Below, piece after piece: positions 36,922 to 44,480 of a stretch of DNA of 51,540 nucleotides. This DNA is from a virus. Lineage: Duplodnaviria; Caudoviricetes. The stretch lies in the IMG/VR virus record IMGVR_UViG_3300032203_000014, positions 1 through 51,540 of that record; one strand, 5' to 3'. Position numbers and translations under genes: made by a program. Below the pieces are notes generated by a model. The model worked only from the letters and a program-made list of their open reading frames with translations, ran no database searches and was not told where the DNA came from. The first letter of the stretch is position 1. Each line of letters begins with the position of its first letter.

Positions 36922-37326
36922 TCACTTTGCCAGGGCTCTCGCCTTGGCCTCCACAATCCGTCCCCACATTGCCACATGCCGTCGGACCATGCCCTCTGGC
37001 GCTTGTGCCGACCAGCCGTCAAATTCAATTCGCTCGGCATACGGCAGATTGTTAGAAAAATAAACCACGTCTAACAGTCCGCCCATATTAGCCGTTACTT
37101 CTGCCAGCGCGATACCACCGTTGGGGTCTAATCTATCCAGCTCAGACATCGCTGGAGAGTTCATAGTTGTCTGCCAGTTACCCCGAAGCCTGCCCGAGTC
37201 GACCGGTGTTGCCATGATGACCAGCTTAAAGAGCTCAAGAATAGAAGCTCTTCGTACCTGGTCCACATCCCTCATGGCCTTCGCATGGAAGGCGTCAAGG
37301 TCACGTTGGAATGGTCCTGTAGCCAT
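36922..37326 (-). CDS. Tail completion/neck protein (HK97 gp10-like)
   Basis: TPVDSGRLRGNW...NNLPYAERIEF.GWSAQAPEGMVR. Confidence 0.85.
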   Translation of the reverse strand: MATGPFQRDLDAFHAKAMRDVDQVRRASILELFKLVIMATPVDSGRLRGNWQTTMNSPAMSELDRLDPNGGIALAEVTANMGGLLDVVYFSNNLPYAERIEFDGWSAQAPEGMVRRHVAMWGRIVEAKARALAK

Positions 37327-37329
37327 GGC

Positions 37330-37689
37330 TTACCTCCGAACTTGAAGGATATACACCAGAGCGAGGCCGGCGGGGTTGACTGCTTGAACATTGACCACTG
37401 ACCAGCTGCCTCCCAGCTCGACAAAGGTGTCCCCGAATTCAGGCTCAATTACGGCTTGCACGATTGCCTGGCGGTCGCCTCGCATGATGGTTGCGCCATC
37501 CACGAGTTTCTCCTCGTAAGAGACCAGTACGCCGAGGGCATTGGTGACTTGCTCGCCACCACCAGAGGGGGTACCGGTTACAGTGTCCACTGTGCCAGGC
37601 ACGCTCCTCGTGATCTGGCAGTCTGTGCCGAACTCGGCCAGCAGCTCATCGACGTCGAGCTTGAGGCCAGCATAATCAAAGGTCGCCAT
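37330..37689 (-). CDS. Head closure / head-tail joining protein
   Basis: VDG.TIMRGD...VNPAG..LVY.LQVRR; position in the neck cluster. Confidence 0.75.
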   Translation of the reverse strand: MATFDYAGLKLDVDELLAEFGTDCQITRSVPGTVDTVTGTPSGGGEQVTNALGVLVSYEEKLVDGATIMRGDRQAIVQAVIEPEFGDTFVELGGSWSVVNVQAVNPAGLALVYILQVRR

Positions 37690-37691
37690 AA

Positions 37692-38219
37692 TTACCCCCT
37701 CACCAGAACACCTGAGCCACCGGACATAACGAGGCCTGCTGCTTTGAGCATCAAATCTACCTCGGGATAAGCCGGTACGGATGCGCCCGGGCTGCCTGAA
37801 ACGGCCTCGGCGAAGGTCAGAGATACCTCGATAGGTCCGACCTTTTTGGTGCTGCCTGTGACCTTCTGGCCGCTCGGGTCGAAAGTCGGATCAGGCATAA
37901 GGGGCTTGCCTGCCAAAGCACGCTGCGCCATCAGGCAACATGCGTTCTTCAAGGCCAGAGGCAGGCCGCGAAGAAAAGAAGACGGCAAGCCGCCGCGGGG
38001 CCATTGCGTGCCTTGCAGACGGTGCCGTTGATAGCCAACCCAAGTATAGCGGCTGTCAAGGAAGTCCGTCGCTTTGACGATGGACACCTCCAGCTCAGTA
38101 TCTGTCTTGGCGGAAAGGTCGATGCCGCGGTCATCCCAATAGGCCTTCATTTCCGCAACGGAGACATAGGCATTGGCGTGTTCCACGGTCCCGTCAGCAT
38201 TCTGCGGTTTGAAGGCCAT
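37692..38219 (-). CDS. Head-tail adaptor (DnaT-like ssDNA-binding family)
   Basis: ANAYVSVAE...RG...ATDFLD...Q..QWPR...KKVGPIEV. Confidence 0.8.
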   Translation of the reverse strand: MAFKPQNADGTVEHANAYVSVAEMKAYWDDRGIDLSAKTDTELEVSIVKATDFLDSRYTWVGYQRHRLQGTQWPRGGLPSSFLRGLPLALKNACCLMAQRALAGKPLMPDPTFDPSGQKVTGSTKKVGPIEVSLTFAEAVSGSPGASVPAYPEVDLMLKAAGLVMSGGSGVLVRG

Positions 38220-38231
38220 AGGATTCTCCCG

Positions 38232-38468
38232 TTATTCGATCTTTAAGTCAGACGCATTTTGAGCGATAACCTCGCTGGTGTTGCGCCAATTGGAATCAGT
38301 CACCGAGGCAACAACCCCATTGGCGACCTTGCGGATGGTGACCTGCCCGCCGGCAGGGACTTTTACAGTCTGCTGCCCAGCAGGAGCGGAGGGAGCCTTG
38401 ACAGGTTGGGCCGCAGCCTTGCCTGCCGTTTTCGGTTTCAGCATGTCCTGAGCGGAATAGCGTGTCAT
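38232..38468 (-). CDS. Hypothetical virion-module protein
   Basis: AGGGG RBS; co-oriented with the head genes. Confidence 0.6.
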   Translation of the reverse strand: MTRYSAQDMLKPKTAGKAAAQPVKAPSAPAGQQTVKVPAGGQVTIRKVANGVVASVTDSNWRNTSEVIAQNASDLKIE

Positions 38469-38477
38469 AGTTTCCCC

Positions 38478-39101
38478 TTACTGCTTAGCTGCGCGGGCTT
38501 TCGCGCGGGTGTAGCCTTCTGCCACCTCGTTGACCTCAGCACGGGTCACGGCCTTGCCAGTCAGGTCTGCCAGGGTATCGATAGCCGGCAGGTTGTTCGA
38601 GGTCCAGTGGTCGTCCACTTCCGTGTCCAGCGAGCCGATAGCTTCGGCCAGGGTTAACTTCTGGGCCGGGCCGTCTTGCGGGTCGGCAGCAGGCATGTCA
38701 GACTGGTCAGCTGCTGGCTGAGCGGCTGCAGGCGTCACGGGTCGGTCAGCTGCTGGCTGATCGGATGCCTGGGCTTCCGACTGGTCGGCCTTCTGGCTGT
38801 CCTGCTGCTGCTGCTGCTGCTGCTGTTGGGCTTCATATTGCGCCACGGCGTCCTGCTCTTCGCTAGAGCCATTGGCCTTGAGGTATTCCAGCTGGTAGGC
38901 TTTGGCGTCCTCGACGGGCAGCGCGGCATAGCGCTTGAAAATCTTTGCCAGTGAATCGACTTGATGCGCAGGGCCCTGGAAAGTGTACTCGCCATCAACA
39001 AACGGATGGCCGTTCACATTGAGGGTTTTGCCCAGATGCGGGCCGACAAGAACAAAGCGTTGGACCTTTGTTTCTTGTTTCTGTTGGATGATAGTTGTCA
39101 T
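38478..39101 (-). CDS. Hypothetical head-module protein with poly-Gln linker
   Basis: AAGGAG RBS; CAG run at ~38803-38826; C-terminal LD..VDDHWT..NLP motif. Confidence 0.7.
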   Translation of the reverse strand: MTTIIQQKQETKVQRFVLVGPHLGKTLNVNGHPFVDGEYTFQGPAHQVDSLAKIFKRYAALPVEDAKAYQLEYLKANGSSEEQDAVAQYEAQQQQQQQQQDSQKADQSEAQASDQPAADRPVTPAAAQPAADQSDMPAADPQDGPAQKLTLAEAIGSLDTEVDDHWTSNNLPAIDTLADLTGKAVTRAEVNEVAEGYTRAKARAAKQ

Positions 39102-39130
39102 GGTGCTCTCCTTCTGTTGAGTCGGTGTTG

Positions 39131-39358
39131 TTAGTTGGTCAAGAAAATCGGAGATGCCAGAGTGGCTTCTGTCAATTCGGTTACGGGTGCGTCGTCCCAG
39201 ACACCTGCGGGACCGCCATGGGAAGCCTTCACCATCTCACGAGCGGCTACTTGCGGGTTTTCAACCTCGTCATCCACGAAGACCGGCGCCGTGTTGCGGT
39301 TGTTGACCAGAGTCTGGCCTGTGTGGCCTGGGTTCATGTGAACGATATATGCGGGCAT
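39131..39358 (-). CDS. Hypothetical protein
   Basis: GGAG RBS before the ATG at 39358. Confidence 0.55.
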   Translation of the reverse strand: MPAYIVHMNPGHTGQTLVNNRNTAPVFVDDEVENPQVAAREMVKASHGGPAGVWDDAPVTELTEATLASPIFLTN

Positions 39359-39394
39359 AATATTTCTCCAATAAAAAGCTGAATACCTAAATAC

Positions 39395-39437
39395 CAGAAA
39401 GCCCTCCACGGGCTTATAGCTCGGAGAGGGCTTTCTG
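39395..39437 (-). terminator. Long hairpin/terminator after the major capsid gene
   Basis: CAGAAAGCCCTC...GAGGGCTTTCTG with inner stem CGGGCT/AGCTCG. Confidence 0.7.
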
Positions 39438-39453
39438 TGCTGGTCAGACCAAC

Positions 39454-40383
39454 TTACGCGGTGACGCCTTTCAGCATCGCCAAGCCCTTCTCGCTGAAGA
39501 GGGCCAGACCGCAGTACCAGGTGATACGGGTGATGCTTTCGTCAGCATCTTCCTTCTCACCCACGTACTTGATCTTGATGCCGGCTTCGGTGGATGCCGT
39601 CAGACCTGCGATGCCGTGGGTACGGCTACCGTCATCGAGGGTTCCTGCAAACACCGAGGTGGCGTTGATCGAGGAGCCTTGGGTCTGGTTGATCGGAATC
39701 CAGTCATTGCGGAAGATCGGAATACCACGATAGGCCGGAACCTGGCGACCGGAAGGCATCGTGTAGATGTCGCCGGGCGAGGTGCCGCCGAGAGCACGCA
39801 GCAGCGCCAGATACTTGCGGCGGGTGCGGCCGTGCATCATGATATAGTCCACCTGGCCATCCTTGTCGGTCACCAGGTCAATCAGGGCATCCAGGTCTTC
39901 GAAGGACAGGGGCGCGCCGTTCGCAGCACCATCATTGGCCCCAATGGTCTGGCCGGCCGCCACCAAGCCAATCAGGCCGGTGAAGGTGTTGCTAGTGCCG
40001 TCGCCGTTGATGAGCTGGTCCTGGTATTTGCGACCGGCGCTTTTTGCCTTGGAGGCAACTTGCACCGCGGTCTGGTCATTGCCATCACCGGAGCGAGTGG
40101 CTTGAATCAGGCCGTTGACCTCGGCGTCGCCGATGATCGTGGTCAGGGTGGAGGTCACATGGGTAAACGTGGCCGGGTTCTTCGCGGTGATGGTCGTGCC
40201 AACGCCCGCGACTTGGACGTCGCCCAGGACGTTCTCGCGGTTGTAGGCAAGAGCGTTGCCGTCGATGCCGTCGAAGGGCAGTAGGTCGAACATCTCGTTG
40301 ACGGTGATGACGTTTTCAATCACGCCAGCGACGAGCTCATCCTGGGCCAGCTTTGCCGACTCGGTGAGGGTTACTGAAGTCAT
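39454..40383 (-). CDS. Major capsid protein (HK97 fold)
   Basis: 309 aa; VTLTESAKLAQD...GVIE...LPF..IDGNALAYNRE...YRGIPIFRND...RITWYCGLA; strongly biased codon usage. Confidence 0.92.
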   Translation of the reverse strand: MTSVTLTESAKLAQDELVAGVIENVITVNEMFDLLPFDGIDGNALAYNRENVLGDVQVAGVGTTITAKNPATFTHVTSTLTTIIGDAEVNGLIQATRSGDGNDQTAVQVASKAKSAGRKYQDQLINGDGTSNTFTGLIGLVAAGQTIGANDGAANGAPLSFEDLDALIDLVTDKDGQVDYIMMHGRTRRKYLALLRALGGTSPGDIYTMPSGRQVPAYRGIPIFRNDWIPINQTQGSSINATSVFAGTLDDGSRTHGIAGLTASTEAGIKIKYVGEKEDADESITRITWYCGLALFSEKGLAMLKGVTA

Positions 40384-40428
40384 ATTAGCTACTCCTAACT
40401 ATTGGGTTGTGTGATAGGTCTGGGTGGT

Positions 40429-40471
40429 GCCGGATCGCCCGACGATTCGACGCCCTCCAGGCGTCACGCCT
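40429..40471 (-). promoter_or_regulatory. Pair of GYGAY-loop hairpins/palindromes in the capsid gene leader
   Basis: Minus strand reads AGGC-GTGAC-GCCT and GTCGG-GCGAT-CCGGC. Confidence 0.45.
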
Positions 40472-40594
40472 CGGTTAGGGGGTCAGCAAGTGGAGGTGGC
40501 CGAAGCCGCGCCCGCGCACTATGGGATAGATAATGCGGTGTTCCAGATAGCGCGTAACCCCTTTAACCTATACCAGCGCGCAGAATCTTGGCCT

Positions 40595-40833
40595 CCTGAG
40601 CCCAGTAAAAAGCCAGTCTAGACGAAGAAAGCTTTACGCATCAAGGACTTAGGCCCTGTTTAGGCTGTACGAGGCTTTAGCTCTGTATTGCACCAGGAAA
40701 AAGATACCTGACGAATCGGCTACCTCGGCCACCGGCTCACGAATCAGCCCTAGAAGCCCTAGTTGCCCTAGAAAGCTTTATACAACAAGGACTTAGATAC
40801 TTTTTACTCTTTAGATTTACTCTATAAAGGGTT
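40595..40833 (-). other. Origin/packaging-like non-coding element, copy 2 (inverted homologue of 237-476)
   Basis: Ungapped inverted match to copy 1 (paired coordinates sum to 41070); 9-bp triple repeat at 40746-40772; IHF-like sites at 40639-40651 and 40783-40795. Confidence 0.7.
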
Positions 40834-40867
40834 AGATAAAATAAAAAGAAAATAAAGGGAAAAGGTA

Positions 40868-40896
40868 TTCCCTTCCCAGCGTTTACCCACTATAAT
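40868..40896 (+). promoter_or_regulatory. Phage promoter family member (TTCCCT-N17-TATAAT)
   Basis: Perfect -10; part of a ~70-bp promoter+RBS cassette repeated at 41158-41230. Confidence 0.75.
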
Positions 40897-40926
40897 TCAC
40901 TCATACCCAACCACAAGGAGCAAATC

Positions 40927-41142
40927 ATGGCTATCAATCAAGCATCTACTGAGAAAGCGAAAGCCTTTCTTGCCAAGAACCCCACTTTCCTCGGCCGCGT
41001 CCATGGAGTCGATCTGTATGAGTCTCCTACCCGTGGCGACGAAAGCCCTCTCATAGCTATCACTGCGGACGGACGAGTCAAGAAGACTGACCATTGGGAA
41101 GTCCCCTCTTTCTTCGAAGGTCTTGACTTGGCGTATCTGTAA
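40927..41142 (+). CDS. Small hypothetical early protein
   Basis: AAGGAG RBS within the promoter cassette. Confidence 0.7.
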   Translation: MAINQASTEKAKAFLAKNPTFLGRVHGVDLYESPTRGDESPLIAITADGRVKKTDHWEVPSFFEGLDLAYL

Positions 41143-41166
41143 GAAGCGTAATAGGAAGGGAAAGTG

Positions 41167-41195
41167 TTCCCTTCCCAACGTTTCCACTGTATAAT
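41167..41195 (+). promoter_or_regulatory. Phage promoter family member (TTCCCT-N17-TATAAT)
   Basis: Perfect -10; cassette homologous to 40859-40931. Confidence 0.75.
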
Positions 41196-41225
41196 TCATC
41201 TATACCTAATCACTTGGAGTAAATC

Positions 41226-41447
41226 ATGGCCTACCAACTAGGAAGTAAGATTGAAGTCAGCAGCCGCCTCCTGCGATCCGACGGCCTCGTCGATGTTCAA
41301 ATATTCGAAGTGGTCATAACCTATATAGACGACTACCGAGCCGAGTACCGAAAGGAGCGCACGCTGTTCTCCGAAAACGTCCTCCGAGAGATAAACCGAG
41401 GAGGTTTCTCGCTGGTGGTGCCCGTTCGCCATATCCGAGCCATATAA
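41226..41447 (+). CDS. Small hypothetical early protein
   Basis: GGAG RBS within the promoter cassette. Confidence 0.65.
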   Translation: MAYQLGSKIEVSSRLLRSDGLVDVQIFEVVITYIDDYRAEYRKERTLFSENVLREINRGGFSLVVPVRHIRAI

Positions 41448-41458
41448 GGAGAAAGACC

Positions 41459-41752
41459 ATGCTTCCAACAAAAGAAAAGCTCGCTGCCGCCTTCATCGCT
41501 CAATTGCGGGAAGACCTCTCTGCTGAGGAGTTTGCCGAGATGGTTCAAAAGCAGAAGGCTGAACCCATAGAGGGCATGTGCTACTACCACGACTACTGTG
41601 ACGCCAACATGTCTATGTCCGCGGCCTTTGAGTCTTTCGGTATCGGCCCGCTGGAATATGGCTACACCGAAGAGGGTGGCATGTCTCAAGAGGTGTGCGG
41701 CCTGTGGAACTCCGCATGGGACCGAGCAAAGGAGATGATTGAGTCCCTCTAA
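41459..41752 (+). CDS. Hypothetical protein
   Basis: AAGGAG RBS; C..HDYCDANM.M..AF...WNSAWD.AK motif. Confidence 0.7.
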   Translation: MLPTKEKLAAAFIAQLREDLSAEEFAEMVQKQKAEPIEGMCYYHDYCDANMSMSAAFESFGIGPLEYGYTEEGGMSQEVCGLWNSAWDRAKEMIESL

Positions 41753-41826
41753 TCAATGGCATTTCAATAAGAGGAGGGGGAGTACCATTCACTTACCCCT
41801 TCAACTGTTAAACCAAGAGGCCATAT

Positions 41827-42705
41827 ATGAACCTTAAGCAAAGAACTGAATCCCGCGGCTGGAGCATGGCCGGATGCAGCCCCGTGACCGGAGCGCCGCG
41901 TAACTGCTCCCGCTGGACACCGAGCGAAGAGTCTGACTTGACGATCGCCTTCAACTATGGGCTAACGCTCTCTCGCATCTGCGAATTGTTTGGCCGTACC
42001 CGTGAAGGCATACTCTGCCGTCTCGACGAGCTGGGTTTGGTCGAGTACCATGTCGCCGCAAGCCGTCCGGCACCGAATGTCCGGCGTCGTGCATCGTCTG
42101 AAGACAACGTGCGCTTCGACTTTCACCTGATTGAGCAGAGAACCAGCGTCGAGCCGGTTTCTGCTCCCCCGCAACACATGAATTGCCGTTCTTCTATCAA
42201 ACCCGTAACCACTGAGGTATCTACTGTGAAACTGACTGCCAACAAACTTATGCTTCTTCTCTTCATCTACCGTGGCTCCTATGCTTCGGACCTGAAAGCG
42301 GGGACAGTGCATGTCGACCTCTGCCATCTGCAGGTCAATGCTCTCATCCGCCTGGAAGGTGGCGACTTCGTGTGCACTGATGAGGGTAACAAGTTGGTTA
42401 AGCACTTGCTGGACAAGACTGACCTCGGCCCGCAGACGTCCACCCAATTCACCGAGCGCGGCACCGACGTCCTTTCCGACGGCGCCTTCTATATGGTTGC
42501 CAATGGCGATGTCTCGCGGGCAGGGCTCAACGGACACGGCCAGCCGCCGTTGAAGTATGCGCCGAAGGTTGTTCAACCCACTCAACTGGTGGCCGAGAAG
42601 GAGGCGCAGCGTCTTGCCAAGGCCCATCCGGGACAGAAGTTCTTCGTGCTGAAGGCGGTGTCTGTCCATCAGGTCACTACGCCGGTTATCTCCACGCGTC
42701 TGTAA
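41827..42705 (+). CDS. Multi-domain hypothetical protein with N-terminal HTH
   Basis: RWTPSEESDL..AF..GLTLSRICELFGRTREGILCRL..LGL; C-terminal AEKEAQRLAKAHPGQKFFVL. Confidence 0.65.
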   Translation: MNLKQRTESRGWSMAGCSPVTGAPRNCSRWTPSEESDLTIAFNYGLTLSRICELFGRTREGILCRLDELGLVEYHVAASRPAPNVRRRASSEDNVRFDFHLIEQRTSVEPVSAPPQHMNCRSSIKPVTTEVSTVKLTANKLMLLLFIYRGSYASDLKAGTVHVDLCHLQVNALIRLEGGDFVCTDEGNKLVKHLLDKTDLGPQTSTQFTERGTDVLSDGAFYMVANGDVSRAGLNGHGQPPLKYAPKVVQPTQLVAEKEAQRLAKAHPGQKFFVLKAVSVHQVTTPVISTRL

Positions 42706-42773
42706 GGCGTAGTGTATAAAGGTCGAGACTGGCTTGCCGGTCTTGGCCCATTTCAATGTTCACAGGAGGTCTT

Positions 42774-43262
42774 ATGACCAAGACTCCAATAGAGAAGTTT
42801 ACCCTATTCTATGGTGGGGTGTTCAGCCAATGGTATGCCTGCGACCTCGTCATTGACGGGGAGACCTACAATTGCGCGGAGCAGTACATGATGGCTCAGA
42901 AGGCTCGATTGTTCGGAGATCATACTATGCTGGACTGCATCATGGCCACTAATGACCCGAGCGCGCAGAAGGCTTTCGGCAAGAAGGTCCAAGGCTTCCA
43001 AGTCGAGGTATGGGAAGCGGTTGCCCGCGATATTGTCATGCGTGCCAACTTGGCGAAGTTCACGGACAGCCCGAAGCTGCGGGCCAAGCTGCTGATGACT
43101 GAGGGCACAACCCTCGTGGAGGCAAGTCCTACCGATCGGATATGGGGCATTGGCTTGTACGAGAATGACCCTCGAGTCCATTTCCGTAACCAGTGGCAGG
43201 GCCGTAATTGGCTTGGGCAGGTGCTGACTGACCTGCGCGAACACCTGCAGGTTATCCACTAG
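42774..43262 (+). CDS. NADAR (YbiA/DUF1768) family protein, putative ADP-ribosyl-guanine hydrolase
   Basis: FSQWY, AEQYMMAQKARLFGD, P..QKAFGKKV, N.AKF, LVEASPTDRIWGIG, GRNWLGQVL; AGGAGG RBS. Confidence 0.92.
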   Translation: MTKTPIEKFTLFYGGVFSQWYACDLVIDGETYNCAEQYMMAQKARLFGDHTMLDCIMATNDPSAQKAFGKKVQGFQVEVWEAVARDIVMRANLAKFTDSPKLRAKLLMTEGTTLVEASPTDRIWGIGLYENDPRVHFRNQWQGRNWLGQVLTDLREHLQVIH

Positions 43263-43275
43263 CCTATAAGAGGGC

Positions 43276-43305
43276 AAAGAAAAAGGGAGCCCAGCTCCCT
43301 TTCTC
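43276..43305. terminator. Bidirectional terminator between the NADAR and scaffold genes
   Basis: AAAGGGAGC-CCA-GCTCCCTTT with an A-tract on the left and a T-rich right side. Confidence 0.8.
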
Positions 43306-43321
43306 ATTTAAGCCTTTAGGC

Positions 43322-44101
43322 TTAGTGGCGACGCTTCGCCAAACCAGCTGCAATCTTCTCGGTAGGAGACAGCTCGCGGTTGGTCGACTTCGGCTTGCCT
43401 TGATTGCCGGGGCGAACACCGGAACCACTCGGGGCCTCGCTCTCGAAGGCGCGGCCGAAAGTGGCATGGGCCTTCAGCTCCTTGACCAGGTCCTCGACCG
43501 TCATGAAGCCACCGGAAGCATTGCCGCGGGGATCGCCAGACTCGTCGACCACGCGGACCACATAGTCTTCGCCGTCCTTGATGACCTTGGTCTTTGCTTG
43601 GATATGGGGCAGCAACAAATCGGGCACGCCCTTATGGGCAGCGATTGCCTGCACAGCCGCAGTGGTCACCAGGTACTTCTGCAGTGTCTTGCTCATAGCC
43701 TGGAGCTCGCCATCTTTCGCCGACAGCTTGGTGTTGAAACCGCCTTCCAAGTCACGCTTCATCTTGTCCCAGTTGACCTTGCCATCTTTGGACTCGGAGA
43801 TGATACGCTCGACCGCCCCGCGCAGGGCTTCGGCGGAAGCGGCGTCTTCACCTTCAAGACCGAGCAGCTGGCCGACTGCGGAGAAGCCTGTCAGGTCAGG
43901 GCGGTTGCGCTTGGCTTCGTCGGCATCACGGCGGGCAGCCTTGAGGGACTTGTTCAGACCGTCAACTGCTGCGCCCACGCCGGAGTAAGCTTCACCCAGG
44001 GTAAAGCCGCCTTCATCGCTGGCGGTATACAGCCCGCGGAATTGTTCGGGAACCCTGTCGAGGGTTTCCACTGTGGTATTCTTTTGGAACTCGAAGTCCA
44101 T
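43322..44101 (-). CDS. Capsid scaffolding protein
   Basis: LDRVPEQFRGLY N-terminus; coiled coil; C-terminal SGSG...LSPTEKIAAGL; AAGGAG RBS. Confidence 0.8.
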   Translation of the reverse strand: MDFEFQKNTTVETLDRVPEQFRGLYTASDEGGFTLGEAYSGVGAAVDGLNKSLKAARRDADEAKRNRPDLTGFSAVGQLLGLEGEDAASAEALRGAVERIISESKDGKVNWDKMKRDLEGGFNTKLSAKDGELQAMSKTLQKYLVTTAAVQAIAAHKGVPDLLLPHIQAKTKVIKDGEDYVVRVVDESGDPRGNASGGFMTVEDLVKELKAHATFGRAFESEAPSGSGVRPGNQGKPKSTNRELSPTEKIAAGLAKRRH

Positions 44102-44114
44102 CTTGCTCTCCTTC

Positions 44115-44146
44115 GTGCATCACGCACATTGTTGGGCATCGCGCCC
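44115..44146 (-). promoter_or_regulatory. Pair of GYGAY-loop hairpins/palindromes abutting the scaffold RBS
   Basis: Minus strand reads GGGC-GCGAT-GCCC and GTGC-GTGAT-GCAC. Confidence 0.45.
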
Positions 44147-44200
44147 GGGTAACTGTGAATGAGAATCTAACGCAGGATCCATTGCTTGGGTAGCCATCGT

Positions 44201-44479
44201 TTAGAGTGCTCCAGGTAATTCGGCGCCAATAAAGGCTCCCAATGCGTCGTACCATCCCTCCTTGTAGATGGCAGAACCGGCCACCGCCCCAAGGTCTTCG
44301 AGAGTTACCTCTCCGCGAGCAGTAGAGCCGTCCTTCCACCGGGTAAGGGTGTAGACACGGCCCAATAATGCCTGGTAGTAGAGCTCTGGAATCGCCTCAG
44401 GGTCATCCGGTACACCTGGGGCGAAGGACATTTTGTCTTCCCAGTCGGGACTGGGTTCAAACTTATCAGAATCGGCCAT
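44201..44479 (-). CDS. Small acidic protein directly downstream of MuF-ART (candidate immunity protein)
   Basis: Starts 1 bp after the MuF stop; GAGG RBS; 92 aa; acidic. Confidence 0.6.
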   Translation of the reverse strand: MADSDKFEPSPDWEDKMSFAPGVPDDPEAIPELYYQALLGRVYTLTRWKDGSTARGEVTLEDLGAVAGSAIYKEGWYDALGAFIGAELPGAL

Positions 44480-44480
44480 C

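Noticed and set aside
38803-38826. CAG run as a regulatory repeat
   Set aside because: Short in-frame poly-Gln in a low-complexity linker; nothing suggests a function.
40859-41230. Two ~70-bp direct repeats as a CRISPR array or att sites
   Set aside because: Only two diverged copies, each a promoter+RBS heading an ORF; no integrase in the window.
41962-44152. ORFs 41962-42756 (-) and 43325-44152 (+)
   Set aside because: Antisense shadows of the island and scaffold genes; no RBS or motifs.
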